From: Phoronis australis | Taxonomy: Eukaryota > Animalia > Phoronida | Assembly: GCA_002633005.1 (NCBI GenBank) | Contig: NMRA01000093.1 | Coordinates: forward strand, 415,322 to 479,321 | Length of the DNA: 64,000 nt | Direction of reading: 5' to 3' | Notes under the pieces: generated by a model | What the model saw: the letters and a program-made list of their open reading frames with translations, nothing else | Databases searched by the model: none | What the model was told of the DNA's origin: nothing | Shown here: piece after piece, positions 1 to 14,980 of the stretch | Position numbering within the stretch: position 1 is the stretch's first letter | Layout of the letters: every line of letters begins with the position of its first letter | Program-made: the position numbers and the translations under genes

Positions 1-1904
1 TTGGTTGCTCGTAGCAATTCGCATCCGAACTCCCAAGTGCTATGTGGTACAATTTTAGGGGCCCATGCCCCCCCCCCCTAAATCCGCCACTGCAATATGG
101 ATCAAATTGGACCGTGCATTGAGCAGCAATTTTACTACAGTGCGGATTTTTGTTTTCCAAGCAATTCGTCAGTTGTTTTTGTAAGCGCTTAATCCCGGTG
201 ATATTGCATTTAGCCCACTGAAACAATTAATTGTAACGATATATGCTTTAAGCAATAGGTCCAAATTTCTGATTCTAACATTGACAACGTTTTTGATTTT
301 GTGGTACACAGAATAAATTTCCGCACTACCATCCGAGTGAAATTTAAATTTGTTTTGAAAAAAACGTGCCACCGTCAGCCCTACAGAACTGCGCCGAAGA
401 AAATGTGCGACTTCCAAGTTGCATTTGGTATTAAAGTCTATAACGAACCATCATCAGCATAATCACAAAAACGCTTTGATAGTCTTCGACAGTTTAACAT
501 TCACAGAATGTTTGTGGTGTATATTCAAAACAACGAGTCACGTGACTAATCGGTACGAGCAGCGCTAAGGTAAGCCCTTGGTCGAACGGGTACCTTTTTC
601 ATTCCTGTACGCCCAATGTTTGTGACCTATCAGTCCTGATGTGACGCGAAGCCTACATGTCAGGACACAGGATTAGGAGATATACGAGATTTTTCGAGAA
701 ATTTTTGAAGGGTGCTAAAGTATAACTGAGTGGTAGTTTGACACTAGTAACTGTCAAATCGATAGCACGGTGGGGCTAACATGTAGAATAGAGGGGCGTT
801 TTAGCGCCCTCTCGAAGCCTTGATGGTTGGTTACAGAATTCCGCTTAAGGTACTAGTATACAGAAGATCATACATTGTAGGCCTATATTGGTTGCTATTA
901 TATATATTTCATAGATATGATATATACCATACATAGACAGATTGTCTATATCATTTCACCTGTCATTGCGCACGTATTTAGCAGTAGACTTCAGAATCCA
1001 TTAACTTGGAACTATGCAATAAATAATGCTCATATCAACTGTGTTCTTGACCCGATCATGTAAATGATATTTAGATAACCGCAAAAATCTCAGCCGAAAT
1101 CTGACAAATCATCAAGAAGCACGTGATCTAATTAGGCGTATCCAAGCGCGCATGTCTAACAATAGCATGTATATTGTAGACAGAAATGGCGAATAGGCAT
1201 CCCCTCCGGTTGGTACCAAAAAAGAGCGTCTGAATATCGCTTTGAGGACTTTCACGAAGATTTGTTGCACTTAAGACATTTTGGTTGCCCCCTCACTAAT
1301 TCCTATATCGGCCTAAGTGCATTATCTCTTATTTTTAAAGTTTTTTATTAGTTTGAGTTAATGCGAGTGATAGTGTTGGCCCTACGGATTAAGTGGACTA
1401 ACGTCTGATTATAAATTTTACGTGTACATCTAATTACCGTGCAGGGCTGTGAGCGAGTGGAGAACCCTATGGGCCCGTGATCGAAATACCACGTTTTTCG
1501 GGTTTTGTACACATGTTCACAAGACTCGGTCTTCCGTGTATCTTCATGTTATTATTCAGTCGTATCGCTGTTGAATTTCAATTTTAAATACCGAATTGTT
1601 TATATACAATGGATGAGCAATACATAAAAAATATAATACCAGGAAACGTGAGGATATCCACAGTTATACTTCCAGTGTATGGATTATTTTTTCACGTAGA
1701 TCATCTGTGTAGTATTATCCACACTAATAACGATAAATTCTGATTGCATTTTCCTTTCATAGAAGCCGACTTACCAACAGAACCCGGTCTCTTAGAAGAT
1801 TAAAAAAACGCCGTGTCTCGGAAAAGGTTGAATGAAGTCCCGTCCACAATCAGACTTACCCTGGAACAACTTGTGCACTACCGCTTTAAGTGGAGCGTCC
1901 ACAC

Positions 1905-1915
1905 ACATGCGCACG

Positions 1916-1962
<47 letters not shown>
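1905..1962. repeat. (CA)n microsatellite
   Basis: About 19 CA units preceded by cgca variants. Confidence 0.95.
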
Positions 1963-1963
<1 letters not shown>

Positions 1964-4900
1964 ATCCGACGGTTGTCGCTTTGTGCATGACAAGAGACTC
2001 GCTGGTCCCCTACGTGCCTAGCCAGCACACATGTATCACGCAGTGGCACGCGCTTTAGCATTGGTTGATGTAACCTCAGCAGTCATTGGTTAGCTTTACA
2101 ACACCGTGAAAAAATGGCGAATTGTGAACGATTTTTAGTCTTGTTTTGCAAGTGGCGACGCAGCAACTATTTCGTTTCTGCAGAGATGTTTAATAGCCGT
2201 GTGCTTGAAGCACATATATGTACAATAAACACTATCTGGCTGATTTAACCGTTGCGGTATTCATACTGTATGAATACAGGACAGTATCGTAAACAAAAGT
2301 CATCGACAGTAGAAAGATGCACTCCAAAAAAGCGCAACCACAATTTCTAGGATTCACATTTCCTGAACATGAATTTTAAGAACCGATTTGTCTGTACAAC
2401 AGACCACATTTACACTTCAGTCCATCACTCATGCCTGTTGAGAATTCGACCAGCCAATCAGAAACGCCAGTGTAAAAAAAATTTCCCGAAGAAAATTAAG
2501 TGATACCTGCGTGCTGGCTATCGACCCCTAGCGGCACGCAGGAAACCAGCGAGGACAATAGACTGCTGATGCGAATACGGCGTAAAGGATGACCCGTTTA
2601 TATGTAACTGCGGCACTTGGGCCTTGTCCCGGGTTTATGGTCAGAGAGGCGATTAGAAGTGGCGCAACCTCACTTACCCTAGAACAATACCCTACGTCGA
2701 TAAGGTGGGGTAAGCTGTCAAAAGTGGGGCAATCAGTTAGTTTAAGTAGCGCCCAAACCTAGCGACAACTCGTTCCAGAAGTACCTTGTTTTATGGCAAG
2801 TCTGTGGGTGGACGGCACTACACAGATTAATCATCCGGGTTCTTATGTATTTCTAGTCTGAGTGTTTTTACTACATGTAGTTCCTGATGTGCTTCTAAGT
2901 GCGCGTGTGTGTGGACGGGACTTAAATTGAGTAATCGTGCCCTGAGTTGTGAATTCTTAATATCCCTAGAATCAGTGATGTTAAATCATGCACGATCAGC
3001 AATATTGAAATAAAATAAATTGGACGTCTTGGCTGGAACTGTAAGTCAATGTTCGCGTCAGGCGCCCTCGTTACTCACAAACGTTCTTCGTCAGCTACAG
3101 TAAGACTGGCGCCTAATCCGAAAACCATTTATATTCAAATAAGTATTTCTCTTAATGTAAGACTTTCTTGGTCCGAGAAAAGCCGAAGTTATGCAGACTG
3201 CGTTGTTTATGCACACCATTAACGAGATGTCAACTGATTCGATATTATAATGTTTGGACAAATATTACGTCTCGATGCTGTAATAACTTTAACGGGGTAG
3301 TGCCGAAGTCATGATGAAAATTAACAAGGCTATCGCATTAATTTTTCATTTATCTTATGACGCTCGGTCCACCAGTGTTTCCGCTTGACGAGCGCCAGGA
3401 AGTACAGCTACTGCAGTAAGAGAGTTTTTGTGTGAGGACATTTCCAAGGTAATAGGGCTCGGTTGGGTGAAAGCACAGAATAGAGTTCAAGAAATCGAGT
3501 TCATGGAAATCCAAGAATATTATGACTGAACAGAACATACCAACAGCATGGCGTCGCTTGGTTTTGTATTGCCCTCATAAGTGGTGAGAAGACGCTAATC
3601 CATTCAATGATTTCTGTACCACTCTACATCATAGTGGATGACTCATTATTGTGTATATTATGCAATTTACTGATATACAGAGCAATTTGTTCTAGTGCTC
3701 ATAAATCTAAACAGAAACTCAGCATGACGATTATCAGAAACGACTGTCGGGGAACTACGCGGTTCTGTCGACCAGCTTTTTGGCAACGAACACGGAATGA
3801 CGCTTGTCCCTTACACCAGTCTCTTAACCCAATGTCCTTTTCGAGCTAAAACACGAGTTTTTGTTTAACCCTTACAAAGAAAATCAGCAATATTCAGATC
3901 GGGAATCAAAGAGCAGAGCACGACGATGGACATACCACGCTTACCAGACGTTGGTGGTTGAAGACAGCGTTGTCTTCAGCGGTACATGAACAGTAAACGT
4001 GCAGTAACTTTAGTTCGCTATCGTTCACTATTGAAAAACCATAATGTACATGTACAGAATTTAGAAAGCCCGCAGGCCATATCTCGTTTTAGGAAAAAAT
4101 ACTTACTAAATTCACTAACTTCTAATTTATTTAAGTTTCAGAATAACGATTGCGCATCAACTTCACTTGAGTTTTTCTCAGGCTTAAAGAATTTCCACGT
4201 CTAAAATTAATAAATGCCAAATATCGTTGTGTATTCAATGAGACGTGGTGAAAATTTGCTTCAAAATCGCGTACAGACTTTTAATTGTGTAGCAAAATAG
4301 TGTGTTGTTTTACAGGTAATAAAAAATTAAGGACCAAATCAGACATGAACGCCGTTCCGCCACTGAAAGGTGTCATTTTTAAAAATCGCTTCCTATCAGT
4401 AAAGTTCTGTTTCCGCTTCAGTGCACAGACGTTCCTTTCGTGGCGGTGAGAAAACGTTCTTTCATTACGTCTTTAATTCGACGCTGGCTATTGTGAAACC
4501 AATATATGTTATATCTTATTGCGAAACCAATATCTTATACGTTACACGATGAAAAAGAACAGGTGCCAAGAGTTCCTCCGAGCAGGTGTCAGCAGAGAAC
4601 TGCTGAAAATATACGTAATTGCGAGAGATTGAGAACTTCCCCAAAAGCAAACATAAAAATTGCCACGGAAAATCTATAGCGTTAATGCATTGCTATTGTG
4701 AATAATTTTGATCGGTAACGAACACCAAGATTACGAGCATTGTCTCATAAATAGCTAAATATCGATTTTCAAATAACACGACTTGACAAATGTCAAGGTA
4801 CAAGAGTTGTAACTACGCTGATTAAGGACGATTCTTTTCATTGACTGCGCTTAAAACATTCATATACTGTGTAAACTAAACAAGTCAGTGACTTAAAAGT

Positions 4901-7299
4901 CACCGTAATGAGCAGCCAAACTTAATTAACGTGTCATTCGAATAAACAAATAAACTATTTTTGTGTCTCGTGTTTTAAGTACTTCGTAACGGATGTGATC
5001 TAAGAAAAAAATAGCACAGCGTGTTTCGAGGAACGCAAGATCAAGTATCGCACTTCTTGTTTGTTGATAACGAAAATCGATTAATCTGAAATTACATTGT
5101 TCAAGATGTCTTCACGAGATGTAACACTATAGCGTTAGAAAGATACTTTTAGCTGTGTGTTACGTTATAGGCCAGTGGCGGATTCAGGGTGGTCAAAAGA
5201 CCACGATCCCCACCTAACTTTGCGCCAATTAAGTTCCAGCAAATACATTCGTTCTCTTTAGAGACTCTTTGCGTGGTTACGCTCTCAACTCATGAAAACA
5301 CTGGTGATCGCAGTTCTTTCTCAAGAATCCTAAACAACTACAGTTCTCTTTCTTTGTAACAGCAGAATTAGGTGTATGGGAATTTCTGTCATGCGTTTTA
5401 CCACAGGACTGTCACTAAGTGCTCAAAGTAAAGCCTCCGATTTTTTTTCATTTTTGACAGCCAAACTCTATCGAGCTTAAAAGTCTTGACAGAAAATTGT
5501 TATTCGTAACAAGGGCGCGGATTACGTCAGCGCCACAAGTCAAATCAAATGTACACTAAGAAGTCATTCAAGGTAACATGATTTGGAAATATCCTAGGAT
5601 TAATTATATTTTAGTAGAAAACTTAAGTTAGAATAAGCTAGACTATTCTTTTTCATTTTAACGGAAATTTTTCTTACCAGGTTAAGTCTTCTCTGTTGTG
5701 CCTGACCTAGCTGTGTTGGTATAAGCTGATATTATCTAAACTGCATGGACCGCCAACTTATATTCAATGAACAAAATTTGTGACCTTGCGCACAAGCCGA
5801 GACCACCGGAAGGTCACTAATCACGCGCGGCGTCTGGTGTTAAGCACTTTTTTCCTCCGGCAAGTACATGTACTGTACGTCGTCGAGCGGCACAGAACAG
5901 TTTTGCCTAGCAGAACACACACCAATGGACTTGTCACCTCGTCACTCTGTCGAAAACCGTATGCAAAGAATGAAAAACTTCCCATCATAAGCATTACAGA
6001 TGAGCGCAGAAAATTTATTCTGTACTGTACTTTTTGTCCCTTTCACTCCTACTGAAAAACAGGGTAGGCTGGGAAAAAGGGACAAAAAACGCAAAACAGA
6101 CACTTTTCACCCCAAGACCACCAATTTCCTGCCGATGCATGACATAAGTCAACATCAGATTGTGAAAGTAAATTTCCTGTAAATTGCAAAAAATGTAGTC
6201 CAAAAGTACTGTCAAGCAGTCTCAGTCGCTACCCAGCAATGTTCAAATGGTAGCACTGAACAGTTAGGCTGTAGCCACAGGGCATTTTCTAGTCCTCTAG
6301 AATTTAAATACAGTGTGTGTGTGTCAGGTTTGGCCGGTGGTTTGAGGAATTTGTTGAAAACAATTGCCAGGAAATTGATTTACTTATGTTTTTGAATGAG
6401 AAAAGCCAAATTTTTTAGCCATGACCTACTTTCCATGCAAAATGGTGGCTGTCGTTTGCTTTCAACCCCTGTCGCCTGCTTACTGAGAAACCGGGTGCGA
6501 TTTCAGGTGGCTGTCAGACAGATCGAAATCACCAAAAAAGTAGCTAGTAAGGGCGTACTACGACATTTTCAAAATCTAGAGAGAACGAGCATTCTAAATC
6601 TGTTGTCAGATTTTTGCACTTGCAGGGATGTAGTAGATTTGGGGAGAAAACTGTCAAATTTGGTGGTTTGGTCTTATTTTTGTGTGCCGGTATTTTTTCC
6701 CGATGTGAATTAAGCGATTAAAAATCTGTAGCATAATTAAGTTTTAGTTATCATGAGTAGTGCTTTTGAATTGGGAACGCCAAAGAACCTTTTGTTTTTT
6801 CAGACTCTTCATAAGGACGTGAGATAAGGACTCGTCTCCACTTGGGTGCGTGTCGGCAGCCAAAAGCCTGTAACAACTGTAGTATGCCTTCAATTGAACA
6901 TGGGGCCGCCATCGTGAAGAGTGCAGCTCCAACCGAGCAAGTGGTCTTTTCGCATTCCCAACATGTTCACAAATACAAACAAACCAGATTCACTGAGCCC
7001 ACATGCAAGTACCCCAAGCCTGGCCTACCACTAGAATTTATTTTTTGAAACTTCAAATTGACCGCGGCTGCAGCTGTTCAGCGCCACCTCTGCTCGGTAA
7101 TCGGAAGCTGAAGTTGTGCATAGGAAGAGAGTGGTACATGTACCTGCTGTGGGAATTCCATAAGAAAATAAAGGAGTTTAAACTTTTTTATGAATGTGAT
7201 AATACTTAAAATTTTTCAAATGAGGTTGGAGCAGCAGTTTTAAATGCATAATATAAATCTGTTTAATTTGCTGGTCAACAAATAATTCCAATAAACTGT

Positions 7300-9240
7300 G
7301 TTCTACATCAGGAACTGATGTCTCTCTGGAAAGTAATACATCTTTTGTCCATGGCGTATCAATCTAATCAGGTGCAAAGTCGTGCATGCTATTGGCTCTA
7401 TCATTAATCGGACTATCTGAAATTTTCATTACCTTGACCAGAGCAATGTACTTTATCCAATTGCTTAGTTTGTATCTTTCCTTTAAAACCTCCCAGGATA
7501 ATAATTTATTTTCGAAATCTAATAAGTCTTGAACAAAAACAATTCCAGCATTGTAATAGTTGATGCATAATTAGATTTTAAGATTAAACAACTTCCATAC
7601 TGTCTATAAATATATTTAGGCAATATATCCCATTCTTTATTTTTTCCTTCTAAAAACGTTTATTCCATTTAATTAACAAGGATTTATACAAAATGTTGAC
7701 ATCTGTAACAGCTAAGCCCCCTCTTTCCCTGCTATTTACAGCAATAACTCTTCTAACTCTTGAGGGGTTTATTTTGCCATATGAAACCCTGGATAATATT
7801 ATTTATCTCCCATCGTTTGTTAAGAGGCATATCTAATCTATTCATAACATAAATTATTTTGGACATAGCAAGCGTTTTGATCACCTCAATTATTCCAAAT
7901 AAGGAAATATTTTGGCTTTTCCATATATCTAATTTTTTTATTTTTTTATTTTTGTCATCATAACCATTAGCATTGTTTCTTTCCTTATTGTGTCCAAAAT
8001 ATATGCCCAAACATTTGAGTGGCTTTCCAGTCCATTTAAAGTTATACAAAATTTCATTGCATTCTTTATCTTTGCCAAGATGGAGGCCTTCACGCTTATT
8101 TGGATTTAACTTTAGTCCAGAGACTTCCCCAAAACTTTGAAAGAAGTCTAGTAAATTAGAACCCGATGTCTTGTCTTGAAGAAATATTGTTGTATCGTCA
8201 GCATACTGCAATATCTTAAATTCATATCCTTCAATATTAATATCTCTAATTAAATTACTTTTTCTAATATAATTCGCCATTACGTCGACACATAAACAAA
8301 ATAACTGACCTGACAATGAGTCTCCTTGTCTGACACCTCTTTTAAGTTTAACGTGGTCAGTGGACAAGCCATTGTTAATCACACAGGAAATGGGGTTGTT
8401 ATAGAGAATGTTAACCCATTTTTTTTAAATTGGGGCCAAAATTAAAGGCATTCAAAACCTTATGAATAAATTTCCATTCAATTTTGTCATACGCTTTTTG
8501 AAGTCCAAAAATAGGATGTGGCCTTGAACTTTATTTAACTTTGTATATGCAATAACATCTTCAATTATTCTTATATTGTAACCAATAAATCTCTCTTTAA
8601 CAGCACTTTGATTAATATGTATCAACTGATGTATACAAGTATTTACACGTGACGTCAGAACTTTGGTTAACAGTTTGTAATCAATGTTTAACAATGTTAT
8701 TGGTCTCCGGAAATCTAATGACTGTAATTCTGAGTCATCTTTAGACTTAGGTATAACAGTTATAATTCCTCTATTTTGTGAGGGAGACAAACTTCCAACT
8801 TAAAGGCTGTATTCAAAAGACTCAAAAAGAGGACCCTTAATTTCTTCCCAAAAACATTTATAAAACTCATAACTCAAACCATCCGTTCCTGGCGATTTGT
8901 TGTTCTTAGTATTTTTAAAGTTTCATAAAATTCAGCTTGTGTAAAATCCCTATCTAGAAATTCAGTATCATTGACTGATAGAGTGTCGGGCAATTCAAAC
9001 ATATTGAGAAAATTTAAATTTGTTTCCAAATTGCTATTATCACTGCTATACAACTTAGAGCAATAATCGTATATGTCCTTCCTTATTAAGCCCTGGCCTC
9101 TAATAAATTGTTCATTATTACCTGTATGCTCTGTAATACATTTTTTCTTGTAGTTCCTTTTTTCCAAGTTGCCAAAATATTTGAAGTTACCTTCTCCATT
9201 TTCTATCCATTGAGCTCTTTTTATGAAGGTGTTTCCAATC
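7300..9240 (-). mobile_element. Decayed L1/Tx1-clade LINE ORF2 (reverse transcriptase)
   Basis: Frameshifted ORFs: QWIENGEGNFKYFGNLEK; RPITLLNIDYKLLTKVL; RGVRQGDSLSGQLF; LQYADDTT; KCLGIYF. Confidence 0.9.
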
Positions 9241-9419
9241 TTTAATCTATTATCTACGCTGTCACAGAGCAACGGCCTGTGTAATGTACAGACATAGACT
9301 AGGAGGCAAACCACACAAGCTTTCTGTAAACCAGTATTGATGAGGGCTGCTGCGGTAAAAGCCAATACACTTACAAAGTAATTGGTCATGATATTAAGGA
9401 AGTAAAGAGCCCCGTTGGA

Positions 9420-10140
9420 TTTTCTCTGAGGCAGCCCGTATTGAGACATTCAATTTACTTTTGCAATATTAACGGTCTGCGGGAATGAGATTTCCTTTCG
9501 ATCAACATGTAGATAGATACTAAAACTGGTAATATTGGTTTAAAATTTTGAAGTGCTCGGAAAATAAGTACATATATGTTAAAATGTGCTGTTCTATCAA
9601 TACGAAATGTCTAAATTGGGTAAATATCGTTGGGCACTTCAAGTTAAAAATATTCTATTTGCGTATCTTTTTAGAGTTGTTTGGTGCTCCCAAGGAGTTG
9701 CAAATGAGATTGTACTTTTAAGCGTTCTAAACAGCGTTGAACATTACATGTGGCAAGTTAAATGTATAGAGATTATTCAAGCCGACTCTCATGCTTCAAA
9801 TGCTTCAAGCTTAAAATTGCTATTCACAGAAAAACACTGGCGAAATTGGATTTGCTAATCACTTGCTGATGGTTGCGATGGGACGGTATCTAGGAATCTC
9901 AGGTGAGGAAAAATTATGCCCTTGAGAGTTGTGAGATGAGCGTCATTAAGAGTGAACACCATTTCTTGTATTGCCCTTTGCATGAGGATCTTCGACGGAA
10001 GTTTAACATTCCAATTGCTGTAATAGGTGTAGCACTTGTTTTTGGTAGTTTGATGAGTTCACATTACATAATCAATGCAGCCAAGTTCCTAGTCCATGCA
10101 GAGAAACAGAGATGTACTGTATTAGATGTTGAACTGTACT
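9420..10140 (+). mobile_element. 3' remnant of a second LINE (CR1/L2/RTE-like ORF2 C-terminus)
   Basis: WALQVKNIL..F..VW..QGV and Cys/His motif C...SEHHFLYCPLHEDLRRKF, both typical of LINE ORF2 ends; heavily decayed. Confidence 0.6.
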
Positions 10141-10919
10141 TTTTTCGTCGCAATTTTTTCAAACCGATACAATACGTGTTCGTGCGTGCGTACGTGAGTG
10201 GGTGCGTGCGTGCGTGAGTGTGTAAAGGGGGCCAGTGGATTACTTTCATTGAATTCATTATCTTAAAAACTAGGCCTTGATACCGAATCCAAGCTATATA
10301 CAGAAATGCTACACACTAATCAAACCAACATTGCTTTTTGGTATGATGTCTTGTATTTTGGACCACCTGGTTAGCCGGTTGTATCCACCGAGATCCAGTA
10401 CGGCTTAGGGGAGAGTAACCGGTTGTGTATCGATTACCCACATCGTATCAAACCCGGTTCCCGCTAAATGGTACGTTTTTGCGTGCCAGTCTCGTGACCG
10501 GCTGTTACCAAGTTACCAGTGAATCAAATCTTCAATGGATAAATGGCGGCAGCACTCCTGCCGTTTACGGCATAAAGTATGAAGTTGCCATCTGAAAAAT
10601 CGACATTAATATCTGTCACAAGTTGTAGTATTACCGATGTAACATTTTCTGTCACAAGATGACCGTCGACTATAACAAGAGTACAATGTTTGCATTATCT
10701 TTGAAAAAGTTTGCAGGAAATGTATTTGAAAGTGATCTGCGATGTTCATCAAACTTATTATATAGTGCGTGTCATGTGAATGACACCTCTGTGTTGCGCT
10801 GCACATGTTATTGAGCACATACACACACATCGGCGATCGATATTTAACATGAGGGGTTTTTTTTATGAATAATCAAAATAATGCATATAATATTTGTAAA
10901 TGTAAATAAAACAAGCAAA

Positions 10920-13266
10920 CAGGCCTGGGTTCCATAAACCTTAAAACGTATCCGAAGTCACATTGAAAACGTTTTTGTAAAGTGAGTATATGTTGTAGGC
11001 ATGTAACAGTGCCATCCAGTAGGTTGCTCATTAACCTATAAAAAGCTGGGCAAGACTCTACCAGATGTTTAGGGGATTCTACGTCAGTACCACACTCCGG
11101 ACACACTGGGCTCCCCATATGCCCAGTAATGTGTCTGTGTCGAGCTAGGTTACAGTGGCCCGTCAAAATTTGAATGACGTGTCTTATGCCCAATCTATCT
11201 GGATTCAGAAGGTTTTTCGAACTTTTTGGTTTGATCACGTCGGGAAAATTCTCCTTGGTCTCTCTGCAGGAGTTTTAAAGTGATGCCCACTGGGCTGCTG
11301 ACTGGGTATGCACCCAGTTGCGTATACTCATCCTGCAGCATCCGTAAGATACCGGTATAGCAGGTTCAGGCACAAAATGTAGAACGCTTGCTCCTATCTT
11401 TGCGAGTCTGTCTGCATTCTCATTGTCATCAATTCCCACATGGGCCCTGACCCAGTGTATATTTACGGTTCTTTCAATTGCAAGCTTGTTTTAAAAGCTC
11501 ATTAATACAAGCATTAACACAACGAGAGTTGACCCTTGGTTTCTTTAGGGCTTTTATTGCTGCCTGGCTATCTGAGAAGATGGTAATTGGCTGATTGCCC
11601 AGCTCGGTGTTATATTGTCGTGCCAGTTGAGTGGCTCTATTAATTGGAGTGATCTCAGCTTGGAACACCGTGGCAAGATTGGCTAGCGATACCCAGTTTT
11701 CAACATCTGCAACAGGAAGGCTTGGAAAATAGACTCCAGCACCTGTCTGGCCATTTTCTAGTTTAGAGCCTTCCGTATAACAAAGCACCTCATTCTTGTG
11801 TTCTGCGGTAGGCCATCCGTCACCAATTTCCGTGAAGAAATTGTTTTTATGATTTAAAGCTATAACCTGGACATCATTGGGCATGTTCCATAGTTGCCCA
11901 GTCTTGGCTATTAGCTTGTTGCAAACATTCCTGTGGCTTCTGTGTGCAACGGTGTCGTTTCGTTAGTTTTCACCAACTGACCATTATATCTGAGACGAAG
12001 TGCAGCACATGCAGCTTCACCCTCAAGGTATATGTACAATGGTGGTAGACCGATTAGCATTTCTAGGGCTGCAGAAGATGTTCCTGGAAAAGCAGAGGTA
12101 ATGCACAAACAAGCTAGACGTTGCAGCTGCCTAAGTTTGTTGATAATCTGTTTTAACGCTGTTATCCATACTGACGCAGCATATGACATTAAAAGTCGGA
12201 TAACAGTAGTATAAGTCCAAAACATATTCTTGGGCGTCATCCCCCAAGTTTTACCCACCGCACGACTGCATCTCACCAATGCAGTTTTGGCTTTTGTAAT
12301 ATGCGGGGTCCAGGAAAGACGATGGTGTAAAATGACACCTAGATAAGTCGCCTTGTCTACAAGATCAAGATGTTTACCACAGCGTTAAAGGCCGCATTAA
12401 CCATTTAAGCTTCCAGGTGAACATAATCACCTTTGTTTTGCTACCACTAATTTCTCAGCCAACTGACTTAACCCATGTGGTTGTTGTATTCAGTGCTCTT
12501 TGAGCAAGATAGCGACATGTGTCAGGATCGATGCTAGACACACTAAGAACAACATCGTTTGCATAGGCTTGAACATACAAGCTTGGACCCATGTCAGTAG
12601 ATAATTGTCGAAGCAGACCATCCACCATGTTAAAGAGGATGGGTGAGGCAGCGCCACCCTGAGGTGTTCCCTGGTGATGGGAACCGCCACACTTACATCG
12701 TCTAGACAAGCAGTCACAGATTGACTTCCGCGCATGATCCACCTGGTAAGACACCTATTCACTTTAAAGTGGTTTAGTGCAACTCGGATCGCGTCATACT
12801 TAATATTGCTGAAAGCACCAACAAGATTAGTGAAGGCGCAGAGGGCAAATTGTTTATTAAAAACAGCCCTTTCCAGTCTAGCAACCAGATGATGTAGAGC
12901 AGTCTCCGTAGAGAAGCCAGGCCTACAAGCATACTGGTTGTTCTGAAGTTTGTTCTGTATGTCTTGTTTATCAAGATGCCACAGAATGAGCCATCCCAGT
13001 CCTTTGAGAAGGAAGGATGTTAAGTTTATAGGCCTAAATGATTCAGCCAAAAGGTATGAGTTCTTCCCTGGTTTAGGAATGAAGACTGCCCTAGCTTCAA
13101 TCCAAGTCTTGGGGACATAACCTAGTCTAAGACTGGCTTTGTAGGTCGTTGTGAGTATTTGGAATAGTGGTATCCCAGCCTCTTGTAGCATTATAGGACA
13201 TATCATGTCTAGTCCTGGGATCTTCCATGGTTTAGACTTTACAGCCAACTCCACGAGATGTGGTGT
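10920..13266 (-). mobile_element. Decayed RNase H-containing LINE (LOA/R1/I-group), RT + RNase H + C-terminal Cys/His motif; 3' part
   Basis: VFIPKPGK..FRPINLTSFLLK; QGTPQGGAASPILF; QAYANDVV; CYTEGSK..TVFQAEI..IFSDSQAAIKAL; LTGHC..CPEC..HLVESC. Confidence 0.9.
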
Positions 13267-13399
13267 CAGGGGCGGATCCAGGATTTTGAGTTGGGGGGAC
13301 AGGGCAGACATTAGCACCTCCCAGCTGCCAAATGGAATGTGGGAGAATTTTAGGGGGAATCATTGCCCCCTTGTCCCCTCCCCCCTAAATCCGCGACTG
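13267..13399 (+). mobile_element. ~140-bp MITE family A (TIR CAG[G/T]GGCGGAT), left copy
   Basis: Terminal inverted repeats; similar to 17378-17531, 44362-44517, 50648-50788 and a 3' end at about 50-92. Confidence 0.85.
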
Positions 13400-14574
13400 C
13401 TTACGTAAACTTTATGAAACTGGACCAGTTAATGGGCTTTTTTGCACACTTGCCGGAGTCAGAAAAATGAGTTGTTGTGTCACGTGACCATTACAAGGAG
13501 GTGCTTATAAAGTTAGGTAGCCTCGCGTAGCAAGGCGTCACTGAGTGTTTGAAACGTAGAATTATCACGGGGGAAAATGCCAGCGTAAAAGAAAAGACAA
13601 GGCGACATTTAGAACTGGCTCGGAGAGAAGTAAGCGATAAAATCTCTGTACTCGGATAAGATGTGTGTTCAAATTTCAAAGTAGCTGAGAAACTTTTTTA
13701 GAGTTGTCTAAGCTGCGCTACATCCGAAAACCGGCGAGACAGCTAACAAGCGTTCTCTCAAGCAATGGCATTTCTAAAAATAACTTACGGCCTTAGTTTA
13801 ATGTTTGAGTATCACCTACAATCCTTTGTAAATTCTATAGATAACAAAAAGCAATATTTTAACGCACACAAATCGTCTCCCGAGTTCAAAATAACGCCAC
13901 TGTCAGAACTGAATAAGTCAGTGTAGGCCTATCACTTCAGTAACCTTCAAGATTTATGCCGGGGTTATTTACTTGAGTAAAATGCCCGTGCTGAAGTTTC
14001 TTAGCATTGTTTCTCGATCGCTTTCCGCTGTTAACAGTACTATCGAAGTACACACAACTAGTAAAATTAAATCACACAGTTAGTAATATATACTTGCGGT
14101 TCATGGCAATAGGTCCGTCCCGGACACTCGAATCTAGCTGTATTTACCCACAATGCCGTAAAAATTCGTCAGGCACATTTGCTCTTTCGTTTTCGAGCCA
14201 CTGAAGTTTCACATGTTATTTGTTGTTGTCTGATTCTGAACAGGTTTTTCTCGGTTGCACTACTCTATTCGTTCTTCCTATGCTAACGAAGTATTAAGTG
14301 TTGTGCTGAGGGCTGCAACACCGGCGTGAAAGTTTTATAAACTGGACAAATACCCGTGGATGCGTGATCTAAAATTCTTTGCCTTCCCGACATTAATGAG
14401 AGACACGAGAATATGCTTGATTTCCATAATAACGGCGAATAAAAGTCCTATATAATGCATTCAAACATCTCCTGTTGAGTGACAATATCTGACGAGTGCA
14501 GTTTTCAAATGCATATTCTATGCTACTGTTACTGAGTGCCGAAGCGTGTCAGTTTGCGTTCGTCCAGGAAAAGT

Positions 14575-14980
14575 GATGAAAAAATGCATGGAAAACTATG
14601 CCTCGACATTGTTGTTCTCAATGCAGAGTAAAGAATCGTTATCAGATAAATACATGCAAGGTTGGTTACATTTAATTCAACCGACATCACAACAGTCGCG
14701 TTTCAGATTACACTCTTTCCAAGAATCGTCATGAAAAAATGCTTGAAAACTGTGCCTTGGAGTTGTTGTTCTCAATGCAGGCTAAAGGATCGTTATCCGA
14801 TAAATACTTATGAATACAGACGTTCTATTGTACTACACAAGGTTGATTGCATTCAATTCAACTGACATAATAGTTGCATTTCTGTTTGCGTTCTTTCCAA
14901 GGATCGTCATGTAAAAAGCTTGAAATGCTATTCCCAGAAATTGTTGTTCACAATGCTGGGTAAAGAATTGTTATCTGTTT
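14575..14980. repeat. Diverged tandem repeat, about 2.5 copies of a 155-180-bp unit
   Basis: Recurrent atgaaaaaatgc...ttgttgttctcaatgcag...atcgttatc at about 14575, 14730, 14910. Confidence 0.7.

Noticed and set aside
1792-2061. VC/HT-repeat ORFs on both strands
   Set aside because: Translation of the CA microsatellite.
2540-2620. Hammerhead-ribozyme-like CTGATG core (also 22919, 36368)
   Set aside because: No correctly placed GAAA or closing stems found by eye.
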